Origin: a virus
Taxonomy: Duplodnaviria; Caudoviricetes
Length of the DNA: 64,000 nt
Virus record (IMG/VR): IMGVR_UViG_3300033072_000338
Span: 3,383-67,382 of that record
Strand: one strand, 5' to 3'
In this document: positions 9,799 to 19,574 of the stretch, piece after piece
Layout: each line of letters begins with the position of its first letter
Numbering within the stretch: position 1 is the first letter of the stretch
The notes under the pieces: model-generated
The model's database searches: none
Told to the model about the DNA's origin: nothing
Seen by the model: the letters and a program-made list of their open reading frames with translations, nothing else
Position numbers and translations under genes: made by a program

Positions 9799-11864
9799 AG
9801 AAGATCGGCATAGACGGAGTCGGCCCTTACAAGTCAAGGGCCGACCTTGTGGTGCGCCCCGGCATCACAGTCATCTACGGCAAGAACAAGCTGCGAGACA
9901 ACAACGCCAACTTCGTTGGCAAGAGTTTGCTGGTACGCTCAATTGAGGAACTGATCTACGATCCCGCGATCCGCCAAGACAAGAAGGTGGGCTCGCGGTT
10001 TTTGTCGTTTGTAGGGAACAGCGGCAGGCAGGTTGAGCTCGCTTCTTCAGGCAGTTCGATCGACGTCGTGGTCAACGGCAAAAGTCGCACTCAGCGAACA
10101 AAGGCTGAGAATCGCAGGATGGTGTCTCGACTCTGGCCGTTGACAGCCGAGGACTTCAGTACCTACGTCTACCTTGATGCATTGGCATCCCACCCACTCG
10201 TCAAGGGCACCAGCACTGCACGCAAGAACTTCTTCAACTCGTTCTTCAGGCTGGACGTACTGGATGTCGAGAAGAAGATTTTCCTGAAGGCACGCCTTGA
10301 ACTTAAGAAGCTGAGAGCAGCCCGAACGGAACTCGAACGGACCTATCGGGAAATCAGTAAGGATCTGATGCCGAGTGAAAAGCTGGAGGCCGAGATTGAG
10401 CGGGCGACTACTTTGGACGCTAAAGTCCGTCGGCTTGGGAAAGCATTCGCAAAGCACCAGTCGGATGCTGCGCTGATAGCGTTCAAGAAAATCGCAGGAG
10501 ACCGCATACACAAGAAGGCACGTCCAGTCGATGTGGTTCGCAAGGAGATACGAGATGCCAAGCGAGCTGAGGAGGCCCTGGAAGAATACGCTCAGTACCG
10601 AAAGGAACTGAAGCGATTCAAGGAGGCAACTGCGGGCCTCGACATGGATACTCCACTGGAGGAGCTGAAGGCCGCGTTTGAGGCGTACCGTGAGGCTGCG
10701 TACAAGGCAAGTGACGAACCAGAAGCACCAGAAGATCCGGGTCCACGAAAGAAAGTGAACGGTGATCTGGGTGAGTTGCGGGCACGCATGCGTCAGATCG
10801 AGCACCAGCTCACCAACGCACACCAATCGAAAAATGGAATCTGCCATGCTTGCGGGCAAGCGATCAAGGTCAAGCCATCAACGCTTAGGGCCGAGCTTGA
10901 GGACTTGGAGAACAAGACGGACAAGCTGACACTTGTAGCCGCGCACAATGCAAGGGTGGATGCCTATGAAGCGGCACTTGCTGAGTACAAACGTGAACGA
11001 GCTGAGTGGATCAAAGCCAAGAAGAAAGCAAAGGCCCTGAAAGAGAAGGCTGAGCTCTACGAGAAGCGTGCGCACTTTCGCGAACCGGAGAAGGTTGAAA
11101 AGCCGCAAGGGCTCAGTGGTGTTTCACTAGCCGACCTAGAAGAAGAGCTTCATCAGGCAGTGTTCCTAGAAGAGCATGCTGATGAGATCAAGCGGATCAA
11201 GGCTGGCAACTTGGTGGAGACTGAATTCGACCACGAAGAGCTTCAACGCCTACAGGACAAGCTGGCCTCCGTAAAGACGCGCATCGCAGTTCATGAGGGG
11301 GTTGTCGAACGAGCGGAAGCGATTCGTACCCGCATGAGGGAGCTCGACAAGAAGCTTGCGCGCGAAGAAGATTTGGAAATCATTCTGCAGGGGTATGACG
11401 ACAAGGCAGTTAAAAAGATGGCTATAGAGGCCATCTCCACTCGGCTCATCGAAGTCGTCAACCGCTGTGCCCGACAGGTGTTGCCCAACTACAGGTTCGA
11501 GCTCAAGTGGGAGACTACCTCCATTGACCTGATTGCCCACCGCCCTGACGGAACCACGTCGGATGTGCGGAAGCTATCTGGTGCTGAGTCGGTCCTCTTC
11601 ACGTTGGTCATGGTGTTTGCTCTTCTCGTGTTCGTTCCTGATACCAAGCGTGTCAACACCTTGATACTCGACGAACCTACTGCCTCGTTCAGTGGAGAAA
11701 GCACCGAGTTGTTCATCAGCCTGCTGGGTCAACTGCAAACGGTGATTCCGTCGATCATCATTGTCACCCCCAAGAAGTTGAGGATACCTGACGCACGGTG
11801 TTACACCGTTGTCCAGGATGCGCGTGGTTCCCGTATTGTGAAAGGTCATTGTGATGAAGTGTGA
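9786..11864 (+). CDS. SbcC/Rad50/gp46-like ABC ATPase of a recombination nuclease
   Basis: N-terminal Walker A (GKN...NFVGKS), long coiled coil with zinc hook CHACGQ, signature LSGAE, Walker B LILDEP. Confidence 0.88.
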   Translation: MLQVKKIGIDGVGPYKSRADLVVRPGITVIYGKNKLRDNNANFVGKSLLVRSIEELIYDPAIRQDKKVGSRFLSFVGNSGRQVELASSGSSIDVVVNGKSRTQRTKAENRRMVSRLWPLTAEDFSTYVYLDALASHPLVKGTSTARKNFFNSFFRLDVLDVEKKIFLKARLELKKLRAARTELERTYREISKDLMPSEKLEAEIERATTLDAKVRRLGKAFAKHQSDAALIAFKKIAGDRIHKKARPVDVVRKEIRDAKRAEEALEEYAQYRKELKRFKEATAGLDMDTPLEELKAAFEAYREAAYKASDEPEAPEDPGPRKKVNGDLGELRARMRQIEHQLTNAHQSKNGICHACGQAIKVKPSTLRAELEDLENKTDKLTLVAAHNARVDAYEAALAEYKRERAEWIKAKKKAKALKEKAELYEKRAHFREPEKVEKPQGLSGVSLADLEEELHQAVFLEEHADEIKRIKAGNLVETEFDHEELQRLQDKLASVKTRIAVHEGVVERAEAIRTRMRELDKKLAREEDLEIILQGYDDKAVKKMAIEAISTRLIEVVNRCARQVLPNYRFELKWETTSIDLIAHRPDGTTSDVRKLSGAESVLFTLVMVFALLVFVPDTKRVNTLILDEPTASFSGESTELFISLLGQLQTVIPSIIIVTPKKLRIPDARCYTVVQDARGSRIVKGHCDEV

Positions 11865-12504
11865 AGCCTACGGAACGAGCCGGTTCTCACTGGCCGAGAT
11901 CAGCGATGCGCTCAGGTACTGGAACGTTGAACACGTCTTGCGCCTCAAGGCATCCTGTGCCGCAGAAATCAAGGTTCCAGGGAAGGGACAGAACTACCAG
12001 AGAGTTGTTTTGACTGACGACTTGACAAGGGTTCAGGCGAATGCGGTTAATTTTATTAGCGCAAGCATCGCAGAGCTCAGTCTCACGAATGCTGAAAGAC
12101 TGCAGGCTCTGAGCATAGAGGAATCTGTCTGGGAGGCGTTGCATCGAGGGAGCATAGTCGAATTCCAGTATCGAGAACTGACTGCACTTGAGTACGTGGA
12201 CATGATTGCCAAGCCTTCAAAGCTGAACGCAATCCAGACTGAGCTCCTTAGAGTGCAACCCTACTCGCTGCGGAAGGAAGCGAACGCTGCCATAATCGCC
12301 TACTTCCGAGGAGGTAGCCTGAAGGCGCTGCAGCGCGTCATGAACAAGTCCTCGAAGCTGTCGAAGCTAGCGACTTACGTCAAGTCGAACATCGAGTTGC
12401 GGAACGCAGTCATGCGTCTCAAGACAGAAAGCGTTGATCAAGTCAGCGCCGACACTGGCATCCCTAGCTTCGAACTGCGCTACATAACCAAGGTCAAAGC
12501 ATGA
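11851..12504 (+). CDS. Hypothetical protein (possible C-terminal HTH)
   Basis: 217-aa coupled ORF ending in SVDQVSADTGIPSFELRYI. Confidence 0.55.
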   Translation: MMKCEAYGTSRFSLAEISDALRYWNVEHVLRLKASCAAEIKVPGKGQNYQRVVLTDDLTRVQANAVNFISASIAELSLTNAERLQALSIEESVWEALHRGSIVEFQYRELTALEYVDMIAKPSKLNAIQTELLRVQPYSLRKEANAAIIAYFRGGSLKALQRVMNKSSKLSKLATYVKSNIELRNAVMRLKTESVDQVSADTGIPSFELRYITKVKA

Positions 12505-12857
12505 TCATCACTGCCATCCTACTGGACAAAACCATACAGATGCCGATCGCCACAGGTTTACTTGTGTACGACGGCGAGAAGTTCGTCGACCCGTTGAAAG
12601 CCAAAACTGTCATGCTGGTTCAGACGACTGGTGTTCCAGTGGTTGGCAACTCGTATGAGATCCATGGGAGCTCGCCCATTCCGGCGGGCCTTACCATCTA
12701 CAACCGATACGTATGCACGGTGACATCAGTCGCTGATGGCAGCGTCACATCGGAATTTCAACCAGTAACCTCGGTCGACCCCACAGGCGGGGTCTGTGTC
12801 TGCGGTATAACCTGCAACCTGACTGAGGTGCAGGCCGTTCGGGTCACAGTTCAATAA
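12501..12857 (+). CDS. Hypothetical beta-rich protein
   Basis: 118-aa ORF with ATGA overlap. Confidence 0.6.
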   Translation: MIITAILLDKTIQMPIATGLLVYDGEKFVDPLKAKTVMLVQTTGVPVVGNSYEIHGSSPIPAGLTIYNRYVCTVTSVADGSVTSEFQPVTSVDPTGGVCVCGITCNLTEVQAVRVTVQ

Positions 12858-12868
12858 GGAGTAATCAC

Positions 12869-13651
12869 ATGTCAACAAAGTACGGCTTGCCACTGACTTC
12901 CCCTAGCAAGCAAAACATCCTGCTCGCTATGAAGGATGATGGGGTGGTCATCGGATGGTACCCGATCGCTACCACAACGTTCAACGGCTCTGAGACCACG
13001 TTCGCGCTATCTGACGTGACCGTGCCAATCAAGTCGGTGACCGTCGACACCGGAGTCGGCAACAACAAGTTCCAGTTCATGGCGGCTGTGTTCTCGGTCA
13101 AAACGCGCTGGGACACACAGCCGTGGGCTTCCGTGAATCTGCTGCAACCGGGCCAAGGCTACTATCGTTGGTGGAGTCTGCCGACGGAGGGTGCACGCCT
13201 CAATCACGGCGGGGGCATCGTTATGAACGCCCTGAAATTCCAAAACATGGTTCAACCTGGAGCCTCGGCACCGGCCGCACCTGGAGCACCATCCGTGACA
13301 ACACCGATCGCAGTTACATGGGGCGCATCCATCGCCTACGAAATGATCAACGGCGGATGTGCGTTCTTCGACATCCCGTGGGTCACTCTGTTCACACAGA
13401 ACTCCAACGCTGTACCGATCCGTATCACTACGACCTCGGTGCCTGCAGCAATCGGGGGCCATACGCCGTTCGCCGCGTCAACACTGGGCCAGCCGGTCGC
13501 TACACCCAACGGCCCCGTCTACGACACGCTCCGAATCATTCGCCTGATCGAGCCTGACCTGTTGACGCCTGGTCTCTACGTGTTCACCTTCACCATCACA
13601 ACGGAGGCCAACACGACGGCCTTGGTGACCCTGAACCTGACGATTGCCTAA
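12869..13651 (+). CDS. Hypothetical Thr/Pro/Val-rich protein
   Basis: 260-aa ORF with TAAGGAG RBS, followed by a terminator. Confidence 0.65.
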   Translation: MSTKYGLPLTSPSKQNILLAMKDDGVVIGWYPIATTTFNGSETTFALSDVTVPIKSVTVDTGVGNNKFQFMAAVFSVKTRWDTQPWASVNLLQPGQGYYRWWSLPTEGARLNHGGGIVMNALKFQNMVQPGASAPAAPGAPSVTTPIAVTWGASIAYEMINGGCAFFDIPWVTLFTQNSNAVPIRITTTSVPAAIGGHTPFAASTLGQPVATPNGPVYDTLRIIRLIEPDLLTPGLYVFTFTITTEANTTALVTLNLTIA

Positions 13652-13660
13652 GCGGCCACA

Positions 13661-13710
13661 CGCTCACTCCCACCGGCATACGGTAAATAAGGGGTGAGCG
13701 TTTTTCTTTT
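13661..13710 (+). terminator. Intrinsic terminator with GTAAATA inside its loop
   Basis: Stem CGCTCACTCC/GGGGTGAGCG followed by TTTTTCTTTT. Confidence 0.7.
13683..13689 (+). promoter_or_regulatory. GTAAATA promoter-like motif
   Basis: ATACGGTAAATAAGGGG, about 40 nt before ATG 13731. Confidence 0.6.
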
Positions 13711-13730
13711 CACCCACATCAGGTCTCAGT

Positions 13731-14777
13731 ATGAAAGCTATCATAAAAGTCTCCGCACTGGCCCATGCCCTCGACATAACCCAGAAGCTCGCAGCACCAG
13801 GGGAGGACGGGGTGGTCGCCATCTCATACGATGGAACCAAGAAGCTGACCATACGGTCAGCGTCAGATACCAGCCAATCGGTTGTGCGTGTCCAGTTCGA
13901 TTCCATTGAAGGTGAGGCTGTCGAGTTCGGCATTGTCCTGGCTTCACTGCGGGATGCTACCAAGGGTCACACGACTATCTCCATGACCGTTGCCAACGCG
14001 GTCGTGACACTGAAGGCAAAGGGGAGCGTGATCACCCTTCCTACTGTTGACACCCCGGATATCGAGGGCGTCTCAAAGGCTGAAGAAGAGCAGGAATGGG
14101 AGCTCAGCGCCGAAACGGCGGCTACTCTTCTTGGGGCGGTCAAGGCCGTGGCTTTGAAGCCGACTACGATGTTGACTTCCTGGATACCCATCGGTATCCG
14201 ACTGCGCAAGAATTCAGGGTTCGTGTGCAGCTACGACGACAACCGCGTGAGCTGGGGAACTATCAAGGAAGGTGGGGACTTCGAGTGTGTTGCGCCAACG
14301 GACACTATGGTCGCTGTGCTAGATGCGCTGAAGGGCCATTCGCTGCGAGTCGCAACTTCTAAGGGCCGCCTCGCGGTCACGACAAAGACAGCGCAGGTCA
14401 TCATCAACACACCGGTGGACGACACACTCTCGAGCCTCGATGAGGTGATTGAGAAGTCCCGTGAGATGGCAAAGCAGAAAGGTCAGATTGGGGCACTGGA
14501 CCGAGGCACACTGCAACGGTTCTTCGACAACGCCCGTGCCATCACGGGTAAGGATCGAGCTGAGATCGTCTCGAACGGGAAGACCCTCAGCATTCAAAGC
14601 ACCATTGGTGCAGTCACTCATGATATGCCAGCACCCGAGTTCAAGGTCGACTTCGAGTTCTTCGCTGAAGCGGTCGGCAAGGTTCAGGGGTCTTCAGTTA
14701 ATCTGAACGTCGTAGGGTCGGACTTCTTGTCCATCGGATCCAGCGTCGGTGCAATCGTGATAGGGCAGAACCAATGA
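13731..14777 (+). CDS. Putative DNA sliding clamp (DnaN beta-like)
   Basis: 348 aa with the repeated beta/alpha pattern of beta-clamps (LTIRSASD, VCSYDDNRV). Same operon as the clamp loader and DnaB. Confidence 0.6.
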   Translation: MKAIIKVSALAHALDITQKLAAPGEDGVVAISYDGTKKLTIRSASDTSQSVVRVQFDSIEGEAVEFGIVLASLRDATKGHTTISMTVANAVVTLKAKGSVITLPTVDTPDIEGVSKAEEEQEWELSAETAATLLGAVKAVALKPTTMLTSWIPIGIRLRKNSGFVCSYDDNRVSWGTIKEGGDFECVAPTDTMVAVLDALKGHSLRVATSKGRLAVTTKTAQVIINTPVDDTLSSLDEVIEKSREMAKQKGQIGALDRGTLQRFFDNARAITGKDRAEIVSNGKTLSIQSTIGAVTHDMPAPEFKVDFEFFAEAVGKVQGSSVNLNVVGSDFLSIGSSVGAIVIGQNQ

Positions 14778-15163
14778 ACGCCCCGAAGGTCATGAAAGCC
14801 AGGATCCCGTTCAGCCGTGGGTTGTTCTACGAGTTAAACCGGGGTCATGCTGTGCTGAACAGGGACTGTCCCGCAGGCGACTACTACCTAGGGACAGAGC
14901 TACAGATGAACAACATACTGCAGATGTATGAGCTCATGCGTGGTGACGACCGTGTGGGCTTTTGGTTCTACTCGGGGTTCAGCACAAAGAATCAGGGTGG
15001 GGTGCTGATGGCCTACCAAGAGTCGAAGCGTGGGAAAGCAACTTCAAGCTCAGTCCTGCTGCGGCACCCGGAGGTCATAGTCTTCGACGTGACTGGGTGC
15101 GGCGTCATAGTGGTAAGTCCAGACGTTAATCAGCAGCTAACCGAGATCTTACAGGGGCAGTGA
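14774..15163 (+). CDS. Hypothetical protein
   Basis: 129-aa coupled ORF. Confidence 0.6.
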   Translation: MNAPKVMKARIPFSRGLFYELNRGHAVLNRDCPAGDYYLGTELQMNNILQMYELMRGDDRVGFWFYSGFSTKNQGGVLMAYQESKRGKATSSSVLLRHPEVIVFDVTGCGVIVVSPDVNQQLTEILQGQ

Positions 15164-15684
15164 TGTCAAGTCTTATCAAAGAAATACGGGCAGATGCCAA
15201 CTACGTGAAGTTCAAGAAGGTCTACACATCTGCAGTGAGCCACCTTGACATCGACAAGTCAATCATGGAGGCGCTGAGCCTGCACACTGGGCGGACAAGT
15301 CGTATGCTGGTGGGCAACGACAGGTACAGCGCGAAGAAGTTGATCGACGCTTCCTACGACGACCTCCGGGCAAGAGCCCGACTGGTCGAGATCCGCGTGA
15401 CCCACGACAAGCGATTGAGCTTCATAGTCGAGGCGACCGGCAACATCGCCAAGTACATCAGGACCGAGTACGCGGACGACCTGCGCGAGTTCGGCACCGT
15501 AGCTGACCGCAATGCTTTCGTGGACCGGGTGCTGCGTGTACCGCGTGAAACGATCGAGGAAATATCCCAACTGATTTCTATGCTCGACACGCTCATCAAG
15601 GACATAGACCAGGCGAACTTCCAGCTCAAGGGTGTTATCGAATGCCTGAAGCTGCTGACCGAAAAGAAAGGTGCCACCTTGTGA
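15160..15684 (+). CDS. Hypothetical helical protein (position analogous to UvsY)
   Basis: 174-aa alpha-helical ORF directly upstream of the SF2 helicase. Function inferred from position only. Confidence 0.5.
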   Translation: MMSSLIKEIRADANYVKFKKVYTSAVSHLDIDKSIMEALSLHTGRTSRMLVGNDRYSAKKLIDASYDDLRARARLVEIRVTHDKRLSFIVEATGNIAKYIRTEYADDLREFGTVADRNAFVDRVLRVPRETIEEISQLISMLDTLIKDIDQANFQLKGVIECLKLLTEKKGATL

Positions 15685-17186
15685 AAGTCATACGTCGAGA
15701 AGCGCTCTACATACCTATCAAGGACATAACCCCGAAACAGCAGGAAGCCATAAAGGACAAGCTGACGTTCCACTTCTTCGGTAAGGAGAAGCTCTGTGAA
15801 GAGTGCGACTTCTTTGCAGAACGGGTGTCCGATGTCTGCGAGCGCTGCGCCAACTACAAGGGGAGCTACAAGCTAGCACGCAGCATCAAGATCAACGAAC
15901 GCCGCTTCATGAAGATCCCAGTAGGGAGTGGCTTCCAAGTGTTGCGTGACCTGAACCTTTCGATCACGAAACTGATCGACAAGTCCCCTGATCGGCCGCT
16001 GAAACGAAAGATCAAGTTCACTGGCGAGTTCCGAGAAGGTCAGCGTGAATGCATCGACGCTATGCATCGCATGCGCCGTGGGGTACTCGAAGCACCGCCC
16101 CGCAGCGGCAAGACAGTGATGGGAACGGCTTTTGTCTGTGAGCTTGGTCAGAAGACATTGATCTTGGCATCGCAGCGCGACTGGCTCATGGGGTTCAAGG
16201 AAACCTTCATCGGGTCGAAGACCCAAGCTGCGCTGACCAACCTGGACCCGACCCGCATCAAGCTGTGCAAGACACTGCAAGACTTCAAGGACCACGACAT
16301 CTGCCTAGCAACGATCCAGACCTTCTACTCTGAAGGTGGTGAGAAGATCCTTGCGAAGATCCGAAGCATGTTCGGGGCTATTCTAATCGACGAGGTCCAT
16401 ACATCCGCTGCCGACAAATACGCGGGCATACTGGCCAAGCTCAACTCAGCATGCGCCATCGGCTTCTCAGGCACACCTGACCGCAAAGACGGCAAGTACA
16501 CGCTGGTCGACAACATCCTCGGGAAGGTCTTCCACGAGATGAAGGTGGAGCGTGAACGCCCTACAATCAAGCTGACGAAGACCCGATACTCCAAGGTCTA
16601 CAAGGGCCAAGTCCTGTGGACCAGAATGGTGTCTGCTCTTGAGAATGACAAGAAGCGCATCGACGACATTGCGAAACAGGCGTTGCGGGACGTTGCCGAA
16701 GGGCACATGATCCTCATCCCGATGGCGCAGGTGAAGCCTGTTAAGACTCTGATCAGGCGCATCAATGAGCTAGCTGGAAAGAAGCTGGCCTACGAGTTTA
16801 GCGGTGGTCTTAAGAAGGCAGACCGAGATCGCTATATCGAAGCTGCCCGGAACTACAAGATCAAGGTGTTGGTCGGGACACAGAAGGTGCTGAGTGTCGG
16901 CATCAACATTCCACGAGCCTCCATGCTGTATGAGTGCGTACTGAGCAGCAACATGCCTAATGCTCAGCAGCGGTTCGCGCGGGTCCTTACGCCAATGAAG
17001 AACAAGCCGAAGCCATGCATACGCTACTTCCTCGATGACGTCGGCGTAAGGAAGTCCTGCATGCGTGCAGAGTGGTTCCAGGCCATGGCCCCAGTGTTCA
17101 ACCCGATCATATCCGACCAAACGAAGCGAATGCTCATGCAATACTTCTCTTCGTCTTCTTCCAATGTGCAAAAGTTTGACCTATGA
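15681..17186 (+). CDS. SF2 DNA helicase (UvsW/ResIII-like)
   Basis: APPRSGKT, LIDEVH, GFSGTPDRKDG, VGINIP, QRFARVL. GTG start at 15681. Confidence 0.88.
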   Translation: MKVIRREALYIPIKDITPKQQEAIKDKLTFHFFGKEKLCEECDFFAERVSDVCERCANYKGSYKLARSIKINERRFMKIPVGSGFQVLRDLNLSITKLIDKSPDRPLKRKIKFTGEFREGQRECIDAMHRMRRGVLEAPPRSGKTVMGTAFVCELGQKTLILASQRDWLMGFKETFIGSKTQAALTNLDPTRIKLCKTLQDFKDHDICLATIQTFYSEGGEKILAKIRSMFGAILIDEVHTSAADKYAGILAKLNSACAIGFSGTPDRKDGKYTLVDNILGKVFHEMKVERERPTIKLTKTRYSKVYKGQVLWTRMVSALENDKKRIDDIAKQALRDVAEGHMILIPMAQVKPVKTLIRRINELAGKKLAYEFSGGLKKADRDRYIEAARNYKIKVLVGTQKVLSVGINIPRASMLYECVLSSNMPNAQQRFARVLTPMKNKPKPCIRYFLDDVGVRKSCMRAEWFQAMAPVFNPIISDQTKRMLMQYFSSSSSNVQKFDL

Positions 17187-17752
17187 CGCTTAAGAAAGCA
17201 CCAAGGATTGTGGTCACAGATAAGGGATTGGTGGCTTCTATGCCACCAAACCTGAGGCCCATTAGGTGGGAACCCAAGGCGTTCGTTCTTGAGAACCCCA
17301 AGCTGAAGTCGCGAATAATCGAGGAGACGGTCATAGAGGAGGGCAGGCAGGCGTTCGAAGAAAATCCGCGCCAGCCCCTCACCTACGTTGTCGCGGGTAA
17401 TCCAGACGACGCGGAGGCCCTCTACTACGCCTTCTACCTCATGGAGGTTCACAAGCGGGCTGTGAGGTTTGCGAACCCGTTGTGTGTGCCTGTTCTTGGG
17501 AACTTCGACCCGGTGCTGAAACCCGGAGGCAGCACCCCGACCATGCTAGTCATGCACAACCTGTCTCCCCTGTCGTCGAACCTTAAATATGAAAAGGTGC
17601 GGGACACCCTAGCCCAATTCCCACGCATCCCAACGGTGCTGGTGGTGGCTGGTGAAGACCCGATTAGTTTCGCAGCCAGAATTCATGTGCCGTGCCATGC
17701 GCTAGCATACTTCACGGCCAAAACGTTCACAGCAGTTCAAGAGGTGATTTAA
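17183..17752 (+). CDS. Hypothetical protein (possible degenerate helicase-loader-like)
   Basis: 189-aa coupled ORF directly upstream of DnaB, with no intact Walker A. Confidence 0.5.
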   Translation: MTLKKAPRIVVTDKGLVASMPPNLRPIRWEPKAFVLENPKLKSRIIEETVIEEGRQAFEENPRQPLTYVVAGNPDDAEALYYAFYLMEVHKRAVRFANPLCVPVLGNFDPVLKPGGSTPTMLVMHNLSPLSSNLKYEKVRDTLAQFPRIPTVLVVAGEDPISFAARIHVPCHALAYFTAKTFTAVQEVI

Positions 17753-17754
17753 GG

Positions 17755-19107
17755 ATGTCCGTTAAGATAGTTTCGCCGAAAACGGAGTTGCAGGTTCTCC
17801 GTGGGATGGTGCACAAGAACAAGAAGATCGCGGGCATGCTGCTGGCAGGATGCAACGAGACCTACTTCGAGTCTGACCAATCCAAGAAAATCTACAGGTT
17901 CATCAAGTCCTACATGGCGGAGACCGGTGAGGTACCGACGTTTAGGAACATCATCGAAGACCCCGCTATTGATCGGAGTGCACGGGTGCACTTCAGGGAC
18001 AGTGTAGCGTCCATCACATCGGTGGACGAGGCCAAGTCAACGCTGAAGATCCTGAATCGCTACCGTCAGCTACGCGGTATTTACGAGCTTGGTGTCGAAA
18101 TCCAACGCCGCCTTGACGACGGCCGGGTGGTCATGGATGAGATGCTTGAGGACTTCTCGACTCGGCTCACTGAGATCCGCACCACACAGGCAGCGAAAAG
18201 CGCGTTCACCCATTTGGGCAAGAACAACTCAAGCACTGCCGCAGTCAAGGAACTGCTCTACAACGACGAAACAGACGACGTGATACCAACTGGTATCCGC
18301 GAGTACGACGAGGAAAGCGGCGGGTTCCTACGGGGGAGCCTCGTGACTATTGGTGCATCGTCCGGTGGTGGTAAGTCGCTTCTAGGAGCCACACAGCTAG
18401 CCATCAACATGGCAGAACGTGGCTACAAGGTCACGCTGGTGCCACTGGAAATGACCGAGCAGGAAATGCTGGCCCGTATCATTGCCAACTTGGCGGGCCT
18501 GGATTCGACGCTCATCATTCAGCACAAGCTGGCTACTGGGGAACGAGACAAGGCGTTCGAGGTCTACGAACGCTGGGTGCGCAAGGTCAAGAAGCGTGGT
18601 GGTCGCCTTTCGATCTTCAAGCCTGATGGTGAAGTGTCGATCGAAGACGTGTTCACAGCGCTCCATACAGTGGACACCGACGTCATCATTGTCGACTACA
18701 TCAGCCTTCTTGCTGGTACTGATGGTGACGACAGCTGGCAACAGCTTGGTTCAATCGCCCGCAAGGGTAAGGTCCACGCCGGTTCCACACGAAGAGTCGT
18801 AGTCATGCTCTGTCAGGTGAACGAAGACGGCAAGATACGGTATGCACGAGCCATATCGGAACACAGCAACGCGTCGTGGATCTGGGTCACACCACAGGAG
18901 GAGCGAGAGAAGCCTATTGGCCGCATCAAGATCGAGCAGCCGAAAGCGCGTAACAGCCGATCCTTCCCGTTCGAGGTTGGATTCGAGTGGGCGCACATGC
19001 GGGTTGTTTCAGTTGATGCACTCCCACCTGAGGTCGGCGATGTTGGGACCCCAGACAAGAAGGGTGCTTCAAAGAAGCCCCTGAAGAACTATGCAACAGA
19101 TCTTTGA
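17755..19107 (+). CDS. dnaB: DnaB-like replicative helicase
   Basis: IPTG, GASSGGGKS Walker A, LEMTEQEM, VIIVDYISLL, PKARN. No intein. Confidence 0.85.
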   Translation: MSVKIVSPKTELQVLRGMVHKNKKIAGMLLAGCNETYFESDQSKKIYRFIKSYMAETGEVPTFRNIIEDPAIDRSARVHFRDSVASITSVDEAKSTLKILNRYRQLRGIYELGVEIQRRLDDGRVVMDEMLEDFSTRLTEIRTTQAAKSAFTHLGKNNSSTAAVKELLYNDETDDVIPTGIREYDEESGGFLRGSLVTIGASSGGGKSLLGATQLAINMAERGYKVTLVPLEMTEQEMLARIIANLAGLDSTLIIQHKLATGERDKAFEVYERWVRKVKKRGGRLSIFKPDGEVSIEDVFTALHTVDTDVIIVDYISLLAGTDGDDSWQQLGSIARKGKVHAGSTRRVVVMLCQVNEDGKIRYARAISEHSNASWIWVTPQEEREKPIGRIKIEQPKARNSRSFPFEVGFEWAHMRVVSVDALPPEVGDVGTPDKKGASKKPLKNYATDL

Positions 19108-19119
19108 CAGGAAATCAGT

Positions 19120-19527
19120 ATGAACAGACACTTCCAGTTCTTATCCCTGGTGTGCGGACACGGTGTGTCTGTCATCCTTGTCAACAACCGACGTTGCTAC
19201 GAGAAGGCCATGCGTGCTGCGGGTGGAGAGGCACACCCAGAATTTGCTAGGGAAGGGGTGGACAAGCCTGCTGCGAGTACCCACAGCTTCACCGGTGAAT
19301 ATGGTCATCTGTGCTCGGTTGTGTGGCTGAACCCCGAGCGCCCACACAACAGGGTAGTGGACATAGTCACCGATCTAGGGCACGAAGCCACTCATGTCTG
19401 GCAGGCGTTCGAGCGGCGAATGGGTAACCTGGGGTCGGATGAGGTCGAGGCTTACTGCATCGACACCATTACGGAGGAACTTCTGATACAGTGGAACCCA
19501 CGACTTATGAAAAGCAAGTCGCAATGA
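19120..19527 (+). CDS. Small zincin-like protein (HExxH)
   Basis: LGHEATHV ... DEVEAY motif. Confidence 0.55.
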   Translation: MNRHFQFLSLVCGHGVSVILVNNRRCYEKAMRAAGGEAHPEFAREGVDKPAASTHSFTGEYGHLCSVVWLNPERPHNRVVDIVTDLGHEATHVWQAFERRMGNLGSDEVEAYCIDTITEELLIQWNPRLMKSKSQ

Positions 19528-19563
19528 AAAAGGACGTACCAATTTCGGTACGTCCTTTTCTTT
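19527..19563. terminator. Bidirectional intrinsic terminator between convergent operons
   Basis: AAAAAGGACGTACC-AATTTC-GGTACGTCCTTTTCTTT. Confidence 0.9.
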
Positions 19564-19574
19564 TGTGAAGAGTG

